Assembly (NCBI GenBank): GCA_000388065.2
Contig: KB932203.1
Reading direction: 5' to 3' (one strand)
Length of the DNA stretch: 35,865 nucleotides
Source: Fonticula alba ATCC 38817
Lineage: Eukaryota > Protista > Nucleariida
The notes below the pieces were generated by a model that had not been told where the DNA came from, made no database searches, and worked only from the letters and a program-made list of their open reading frames with translations. A program made the position numbers and the translations under genes. Below, one piece after another: positions 29,608 to 35,865 of the stretch; the first letter of the stretch is position 1; every line of letters starts with the position of its first letter.

Positions 29608-29620
29608 TGCCTGCCTGCCT
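29521..29620. repeat. (GCCT)25 tetranucleotide microsatellite with two GTCT variant units
   Basis: Read directly. It lies between two convergent gene ends. Confidence 0.95.
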
Positions 29621-29959
29621 CGTGCTCGCGCTGTGCTTTGTGCACAGCCCCACGAGGAGCATCGATCTCTCGGCCCCTTGTCGCTGGCTTCTGCCTCTCT
29701 CTCTCTCGCCCTCGCTCTCGCTCTCGCTCCCCCCGACCCCCACCCCGCGCCTTCCGCGTGTATCTTGTACCAGCCCCCAAGGCCCCGGCCTGTCGCTCTG
29801 TGCGCTGGCCAACACAAAGAAAAGATGCAACCCCCCTCCACCAATAGACCCCACCGTTATGGCCAGCGCACCGGCGGCACGATGCGACGGGGGAAGACAG
29901 CATGAGGGGACCAGGCGACAGAGGAGGAGTGGTAGGGAGGGGAGGGGGGGGGGGGGATG

Positions 29960-31807
29960 TCATTCACAAAAACGCTCCAGCGCCTGGCAGAGGAAGGCCG
30001 TCCGCTGGACAGCGCTCCGGCCTACCTCCACATGCCGAGGGAGGACAATGCGCCTGGTGCCATCCTCCTTGGCATAGTGGATGTCCCTCTCGGAGGCCGG
30101 GCGCTCGACGCTGCCCTCCAGCACCGGCTGTCCTGCCAGGGGGAAGATGTGCACCGGCGGCACGAAAACCCCGGCCGCGGTCGCGCTCGGGCCCACCCCC
30201 GGGGCAGGGCGTCTGGAGAGGTGCATTTCGACCATGGTGGACATGACGGCCAGACGTCGCAGCGCATGGCCGTCAGTGGCGCCGGTCGCCAGGTCGCCCT
30301 CGCTCTCGGACCAGAGACACACACTCTGCAGAGCCGGGCCCCGGTTGGTGCCCGGGGCCTGGCCGCTGTGCATGGCCAGCTCGAGGCCATCCTCGGCGCC
30401 GGGCGAACGGCCCCCATCCGTGTCCGACTGCGAGTCGCCCCAGGTGGCCAGCTGAGAGTCGCCTTCGGACACCGACTGGGAAGCCGTGTGCATTGTTGCT
30501 TGGGAGGGGCCCCGCGCTGGTGGTTGGGAGACGAGATCCTGTGTCGGCGGCTGGGAGACGAGATCCTGCGTTGGTTGGGAACCGTCCTGCCCTGGGGCCG
30601 GGGAAGGGGCAGGCTCGGCTGGCCGGCCAGCGGCCTGCTCGGCGGCTTGACAAACGGTCAATGGGGGGGCTGCCCGGGACTCGGTCGGGCCCAGGGATTG
30701 GCTGCCGCTGGACATGGCCACTCGTGAGTCGTGCCCGGCCGCACATTCCCGGGGGGGCCCTGCGTCGGCTGACCGAGAGCCAGCGAGCGCACCCGATCCC
30801 GGGGAAAGACCCCCGCTTGGGGGGGCGGCCAAACTGCATGGACTGCCTGGCCCGGTGGGCTCCAGCTCAAAGAGATCATCGCTCTCGTGGGACTGCTCGT
30901 CATCGCCGGGATGCCCATCGTCAAGGCCCACGGTGGTGGCATCGGACAGCACCGCCCCCGGCGGGGACGCGTCCACACCGGGCAGCCCGGGGGGCTGGAC
31001 GCCGCCCGGGCTCGAGGGGTCTATCCGCTGAACCCCAAGCAGGGCCGCCCGCGGACACCAGGGCCCCGGCGAGGTGTCGCGGCTGTCGGTGCCCACGTCG
31101 AACGGCCCGGCAGCCAGGCCAACCGGCAGCGGCTCCGGCCGGGCGGCCAGCTGGAGGGCGATCTCAGCGCGGAGGTGCTGGCTGGCCTCCTGGAAGCGGC
31201 GCTCCTGCGACAGTTCCTGATTGGCCAGCAGCGCCCGAGCCGCCGCTTCGGAGGCCTGCCACGTCGATTCGTCCGGCTGCAGCAGGGCCATGTCCACTTG
31301 GGGGAAGCGCCAGACCGGGGCCACTGGGGCCGGCGGACTGGGCGGAGCGGGCGGACTGGCGGCCGGCTCGGCCGCCGGGGCCATGGCTGTAACCACCGCC
31401 GGCGCGGGAACCCCGGAGAAACGCGGCGTCGTGTGGCTGGCCGCCTGGCCGCGGGGCGGGTCTGTGGCTCGCAGGAGGGCACTGGCCTCCGGGTCCCGGG
31501 GAGGCGGGTTGGCCGGCTCGGCTGCGCGGGGGCGCGAGGCGCGCGCGGTGGCTCGCCCCGCATCCGGTCGACCCGGCGGGGTCTGGCGCCGGGAGCGCTT
31601 ACGCTCCGGCTGCTGCAGCGAGGTCAGCTGGTCCATGAAAGACTGCCCGCCAGCGGTTTGCGGGGCGAGACGCCGCCGGCCGAGGCCCTGCTCGGTGGGC
31701 GGGTCGGGCGCTTCCGGCGCGGCTGGCGGCACCGGCTGGGCCGGCGGCGCAGGCTGCCCGGAACCGCGCCCGCCTGGGCCAGATGTGTTCGATCGTAGCG
31801 GGAACAT
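29960..31807 (-). CDS. Hypothetical, largely disordered protein with an SQ/TQ cluster and a short ordered C-terminus; single exon, about 615 aa
   Basis: Open frame from ATG 31807 (MFPLRSNT) to TGA 29960. Helical patch WQASEAAARALLANQELSQERRFQEASQHLRAEIAL. Ten SQ/TQ dipeptides in about 95 aa. Ordered-looking C-terminus HALRRLAVMSTMVEMHL..RRIVLPRHVEVG..AFLCQALERFCE. No family recognised. Confidence 0.65.
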   Translation of the reverse strand: MFPLRSNTSGPGGRGSGQPAPPAQPVPPAAPEAPDPPTEQGLGRRRLAPQTAGGQSFMDQLTSLQQPERKRSRRQTPPGRPDAGRATARASRPRAAEPANPPPRDPEASALLRATDPPRGQAASHTTPRFSGVPAPAVVTAMAPAAEPAASPPAPPSPPAPVAPVWRFPQVDMALLQPDESTWQASEAAARALLANQELSQERRFQEASQHLRAEIALQLAARPEPLPVGLAAGPFDVGTDSRDTSPGPWCPRAALLGVQRIDPSSPGGVQPPGLPGVDASPPGAVLSDATTVGLDDGHPGDDEQSHESDDLFELEPTGPGSPCSLAAPPSGGLSPGSGALAGSRSADAGPPRECAAGHDSRVAMSSGSQSLGPTESRAAPPLTVCQAAEQAAGRPAEPAPSPAPGQDGSQPTQDLVSQPPTQDLVSQPPARGPSQATMHTASQSVSEGDSQLATWGDSQSDTDGGRSPGAEDGLELAMHSGQAPGTNRGPALQSVCLWSESEGDLATGATDGHALRRLAVMSTMVEMHLSRRPAPGVGPSATAAGVFVPPVHIFPLAGQPVLEGSVERPASERDIHYAKEDGTRRIVLPRHVEVGRSAVQRTAFLCQALERFCE

Positions 31808-31826
31808 GGCCGCAGCCGCGACACAC

Positions 31827-31860
31827 GCACACGCACACGCACACGCACACGCACACGCAC
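31827..31860. repeat. (GCACAC)5-6 hexamer repeat
   Basis: Read directly. It lies just upstream of the ATG at 31807 on the minus strand. Confidence 0.85.
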
Positions 31861-32327
31861 GGGGGGGCGCGAAGCGGAGGAGACCCGGCCACGGAGAAAG
31901 GAGCAGGCAAAGGGGGCGCGGAGAAGGACAGAAGGGTGGCAGGTGCTGGCTCGCGGCAGGGGGATGGTCCTGTGGCCTCGATCGTGGCCCAGCGGTGGCG
32001 CACATCAAGCACCAGCCAGGGGTGCGCGCCCGCCTGCAGGCCCACACCTTCGGGCGCACACGCATACATGCGCGCTCGCACCAGGAGGGGGCCAGACCGC
32101 GCACCGTGTGAGATTGCTCACGCCGATTGTTCCCGCGCCCCGTTCACGGAGATCGCGCGCCCGAGCGCGCATGCTTGCCGGCTCGCCCCTCGCGCGCGCG
32201 CACACACACACACACACACACGCAGCGCAGGAAGCCGAACACGGAGGGCGCCAGCCAGTTGCCGATGCTCCGCGTCGCCGCAGGCCAGCGACGTGATATA
32301 GGCCCTCCTCGGCCGCTGCCCCCCAGC

Positions 32328-32399
32328 GGTTGAGTGGTGTAATGGTTATCACGGCAGACTCTGAATCTGTCAATCCGAGTTCGATTCTCGGCTCGACCT
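32328..32399 (+). tRNA. tRNA-Gln, anticodon CTG (32361-32363), intronless
   Basis: Acceptor stem GGTTGAG/CTCGACC. A-box TGGTGTAATGG. Anticodon stem GCAGA/TCTGT with loop CT-CTG-AA. T-loop GTTCGATT. 72 nt with no encoded CCA. Confidence 0.97.
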
Positions 32400-32402
32400 T
32401 GC

Positions 32403-32408
32403 TTTTTT
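32403..32408 (+). terminator. RNA polymerase III terminator (T6)
   Basis: Run of six T starting 4 nt after the tRNA discriminator base, in otherwise GC-rich DNA. Confidence 0.85.
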
Positions 32409-32824
32409 GGGCCGGCCGGCCACAGGCCCGGGCCCTGACCGCGGGCGAAGAGAGAAAGCCGGAGACGGCGGCCGAGGAGAGGAGGAGGGAGAGGGGGGCA
32501 TCAACCCGGGCCACTGGCGGTGATCTCCCAACGCCCGGGCGCCCGCGCGTGCGGCCCAGCACGTACATGCGTGTGTTTTTCGGGCCATAGGGCGCGGGTG
32601 GCCCGGCACCACACGCCGCCATGGGCACTTCTCCCCCCCCCCCCCCCCCCCCCGGCTTCCTCCTGCACAGGCTTCACCTCCAAGTACAGCCATGCCAAGC
32701 GCCCCTCCCTCGATCCATCCTCTCTCTCTCCTTCCCCTCTCCAAGTCCCAGGGTGGGCAAGACTGAGCAAGTGCACGCCTGTACTCTTGCTCCTTCCTCT
32801 CCCCGACTGCCCGCCCGCCCGCCG

Positions 32825-33553
32825 ATGCTCCCCCCATCGCCCGGGCAGAGCACCGTCGACGGGGACCCCCTCCTTCGGAGTACACTCTCCTCCTTTGGGA
32901 TCGACTTCACCGAGAGTGGCCGGGGGTCGAGCGATGATGACGATGGCCAGCCCGGCGCCGCTGGCCCCGCCGGTCCCCGGCCTCGGGCATCGCTCGCCAC
33001 GCCTGTCATTCCCCGGACGCCGCGCAGCCCCGGCACCCCGGGCACGCCGGACCGGGTGCTGGTTTTCGATCGGCGCGGCTCGGTAGCCCCGATTGAGGAT
33101 CTTGATGCGCCGGATGTCAGATCGCCGGCGCTGCAAACGGCCAGCCCGGCCGCCGGTCCGGCGATCGAACCCACCCCACCCGGGGCCCCCCCTCCACCGC
33201 CGGGCCGCCCCCCGCCGCTGACCTCCTCCCTGTCCCAGGTAGCGGCCGGCTCGACTCCGACGCCCCCCTCGCCGGGGTACAGCCATGACCGGAGCCCAGA
33301 GCTGTTGGATGTCGATGAGTCCTGGCTGCCGACGCCCGGGACGCGGGTGGCACACGCCTCCAGCTTCGGGCTGTGTCATGGTCCGATTGCAGGGACGCTG
33401 GACGATCCGGACCCCGCATTGGTCGGGTCGCTTGAAGTCGGCAGCAGCTGGGGGGCTGTTGCCGGGGCCGGGGCCGGGGCCGGGGCCGGGGCCGGGGCCG
33501 GGACATCACCCGTGGGCACCATGGGGGAGCCACCGGCCGACCCATCGCCCGGG

Positions 33554-33597
<44 letters not shown>

Positions 33598-35060
33598 GCT
33601 GCTGCTCGGAGGTTGCCCCAAAGCCGCCGAGTGCGTCTCGTCCAGTTCCGGCGACGACGCCCTCGCGGGATCTGCCCCGGCGGCCGGGGTCTTCGCCTGG
33701 CGCCTGGACTCGCGCATGCTCCTGGCCCTCGGGCTCGGGCAGATGCTGTCGCTGCTGATCACCGGCACCGGGGTCACCAGCCAGCTGCTGGCCAGCCGCT
33801 TTCAGGTGAATATGCCCACCGCGCAGAGCACCCTCAACTATCTGCTGCTCTTTTTGCTGTACTGCCCGCTGCTGTGCCTGGCCTTGCGGCGGCGAATGGC
33901 GGCGGCCATGATGCGGGCCGGCCCCGCCGACAAGGGCCACACCGACTGCCACATGGACGATGGCTCGCCCGAGGCAGGCGTGGTCCCCTCCACCGGGCGC
34001 CTTCTGTGGGAGGAGGCCCGCCGGGTGCTGGCCCCCCGCCGGGCCTGGCCCTTCCTGCTGGCGGCCGTCATCGATGTCGAAGCCAACTTCCTGGTGGTGT
34101 CGGCCTACCAGTACACCACCATCGCCTCGATCACCCTGATCGACTGTGTCAGCATCCCCTCGGCGGTGCTGTGGTCGCGGGCCTTCCTGGGCACGCGCTT
34201 CCGGTGGTTGCACCTGCTGGCCATCGGGGTTTGTCTGGCCGGGCTGCTGGCCCTGGCTGCGTCGGAATTCCTGTCGGCCGGATCGGCCGCCCGGACCCTG
34301 GCCGGGGCCTTGGTCACCTTCGGTGCTGGGTCCTCCTCGGCCGGGGCATCCTCCTCGGCCGGGGGGGAGCCCTCCCTGCAGGACAAGCTCATCGGCAACT
34401 TCATGTGCCTGGCCGGGGCCTTCCTCTATGGCCTGTCGAATGTCATTCAGGAGCGCCTGGTGTGCGGCGACCCGCAACTGGCCCAGCAGCCCGGCCCGGA
34501 TGTCCCGCCACAGCTGGACATCAATGGGGACAATGTGGATGGCCTGTCCCCGGGAGCAGGCTGCCCGGGCCAAGTGCAGGACGAGAACTCCCTGCTACTG
34601 GATGCCGGGGCTTCGCCGCCGCAGGGCGCCAGGTCGGCCCCTCTGGCCAGCCTCCCGACCCCGGAGCAACAGGCCGCCGATGCTGCCATCCGGCGGTACA
34701 CCTTCCTGACGCTGCTGGGCCTGTTCGGCACCCTGGTCAGTCTCATCCAACTGTTTGCCCTGGAGCGCGATGAACTCCACGCCATCGCTTGGAATTGGTC
34801 CATCGGTGCGTTCCCGGGCCGCGAGCCTGCATGGTGGCATGCGCCCACCCACGCACGCCGGCGTCCATGGATTTCCCCCGGCTGACACTGCCTCCCACAC
34901 TTCAGTTGGTCTATTCATCGGATTCGCCCTCTGTCTTTTCCTCATGTACAGCTTGGTACCGCTGATGCTGTCGCTGTCGTCGGCCACCGCACTCAATATG
35001 TCCCTGCTCACGGCTGACGTGTACGGCGTCCTGGCCGGGGTGTTCCTCTTTGGCGACCAG

Positions 35061-35092
<32 letters not shown>

Positions 35093-35438
35093 TCCTATGT
35101 GGGCAACATGCTGGCACATCCTCCTTCTCTTGGTATGCTCGCCCTTTGCCGGTGTCCCGCTCATCTTCTTGCTCCTCCTCCTCCCGTCCCTCTTCCCCTT
35201 CTTTCCCCTTTCCTCTTCCATGCATGGGCATGCGTATGCGCACATGCTGGTATCTGCGCTCCAGCTTACGGCCCTCTACGGGGTGGCCTTCTTCCTGGTG
35301 CTGATGGGCCTGATTATGTTCGAGTGGCACCCACCGGTGACTGCGGCCCTTCGACCGTGGCTTGGATTCTGGGGCTGGGACAACGCCTCGAGCAAGGTCG
35401 ATCTGCCAGCCAACTACCAACCGGCCTACTTCTGCTGA
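32825..35438 (+). CDS. SLC35F2: SLC35F1/SLC35F2-like drug/metabolite-transporter-fold membrane protein; 3 exons (32825-34805, 34906-35060, 35265-35438), about 769 aa; an alternative in-frame ATG at 32621 is possible
   Basis: LALGLGQMLSLLITGTGVTSQLLA..NMPTAQSTLNYLLL, FLLAAVIDVEANFLVVSAYQYTTIASITLIDCVSIP, GNFMCLAGAFLYGLSNVIQE, LGLFGTLVSLIQLFALER and LSSATALNMSLLTADVYG match SLC35F1/F2 motifs as I recall them. Two GTGCGT..CAG introns restore the frame. It is probably a co-orthologue of SLC35F1 and SLC35F2. Confidence 0.88.
33464..33597 (+). repeat. Coding hexamer repeats (GGGGCC)6 at 33464-33499 and (GGCTCC)6 at 33557-33592, encoding (GA)n and (GS)n
   Basis: Read directly, in frame in the SLC35F N-terminal extension. 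Confidence 0.9.
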
Positions 35439-35716
35439 ACAGATACGTATGCCCGGAAGAAAAGATCAAAAAGGAACATCATCCGTGTGCTCCACGTGCT
35501 CCGTGTGTGTGTGTGTGTGTTTGCTTCTCCCCCAGGGTAGACAGGGGTCCCAGTAAATGGAGGAGAGCGAGACAACAAAAAAAAAAAAGGCCGAATCCAA
35601 AATGGGGGCGGGAGGCGCAAGCCGGACATGAGAGGGTTTCATGTGTATTGTATGTGAGAAGCGAGGAAGGGCGGCGGGAGGGGGAAGTCGGGCCCCATCG
35701 TGCACGCGAGTGTGAT

Positions 35717-35760
35717 CTAAGTGTAGTACATCTCGAGGTTGACGCCATCACTGATCTCGT
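35717..35760 (-). CDS. UBL5: Last exon of ubiquitin-like protein Hub1/UBL5 (the rest of the gene lies beyond the window)
   Basis: Minus strand: GCTAAC branch site and CAG acceptor (35763-35761), then xAC GAG ATC AGT GAT GGC GTC AAC CTC GAG ATG TAC TAC ACT TAG = (Y)EISDGVNLEMYYT*. This matches the UBL5 end DYEIHDGMNLELYYQ, including the hallmark di-tyrosine followed by one residue. Confidence 0.8.
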
Positions 35761-35865
35761 CTGGAGTGATCACGGTTGGGCAGGTTAGCGATGGTACAGG
35801 GGGCCGAGGAGCTGGCTGTGCCTCCAAAAGAAGTGACAATGCAAGATGTGCAGGGGGGGGGGGGG

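Noticed and set aside
29521-29620. Regular repeat resembling a CRISPR or telomeric array
   Set aside because: It is a plain 4-nt microsatellite without spacers, and it is internal between two genes.
32328-35438. Functional link between the tRNA gene and the adjacent putative queuine transporter
   Set aside because: Queuosine modifies only GUN-anticodon tRNAs (Asn, Asp, His, Tyr). This tRNA is Gln(CTG), so the adjacency is most likely chance.
35717-35760. Physical linkage of Hub1/UBL5 as an explanation for the unusual donor consensus
   Set aside because: Hub1 acts in trans and is near-universal in eukaryotes, so its position in this window carries no information.
597-35865. The window as one co-functional gene cluster or novel multi-gene system
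   Set aside because: The genes have unrelated functions, mixed orientation and ordinary eukaryotic spacing. There are no shared upstream motifs, mobile-element boundaries or compositional shift suggesting an island.

Overview
Eukaryotic, GC-rich, intron-containing draft genomic DNA with seven N-gaps. There are no prokaryotic operons, CRISPR arrays or recognisable transposons. Hand-splicing gives nine protein-coding loci and one tRNA, in order: Atg15-type lipase (+); a small helical protein not recoverable from the ORF track (-); an attractin/MEGF8-like CUB-EGF-Kelch-PSI membrane protein (+); a CSDE1/UNR-like multi-cold-shock-domain protein with a SUZ-C tail (-); a furin-repeat single-pass receptor with a degenerate, heavily interrupted TKL/TK-type pseudokinase domain (+); an unknown protein with a compact beta-rich domain (+); an SQ/TQ-cluster protein (-); tRNA-Gln(CTG) (+); an SLC35F1/F2-like transporter (+); and the last exon of Hub1/UBL5 (-) at the right edge. 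The mix of a fungal-type gene (Atg15) with animal-type genes (attractin, CSDE1) suggests an early-branching opisthokont protist. Fonticula alba is my best guess, by inference only and not verified. The most notable observations are: (i) four Kelch-blade introns at exactly the same codon position and phase, in a gene built from phase 1-1 exon modules; (ii) a pseudokinase split by a ~1,020-aa insertion and carrying nine R-x-S-F motifs; (iii) 23 of 23 modelled 5' splice sites are GTRYG, with none having the canonical +4A. All exon models and family calls were made by eye from frame fit and remembered family motifs. No search was run.
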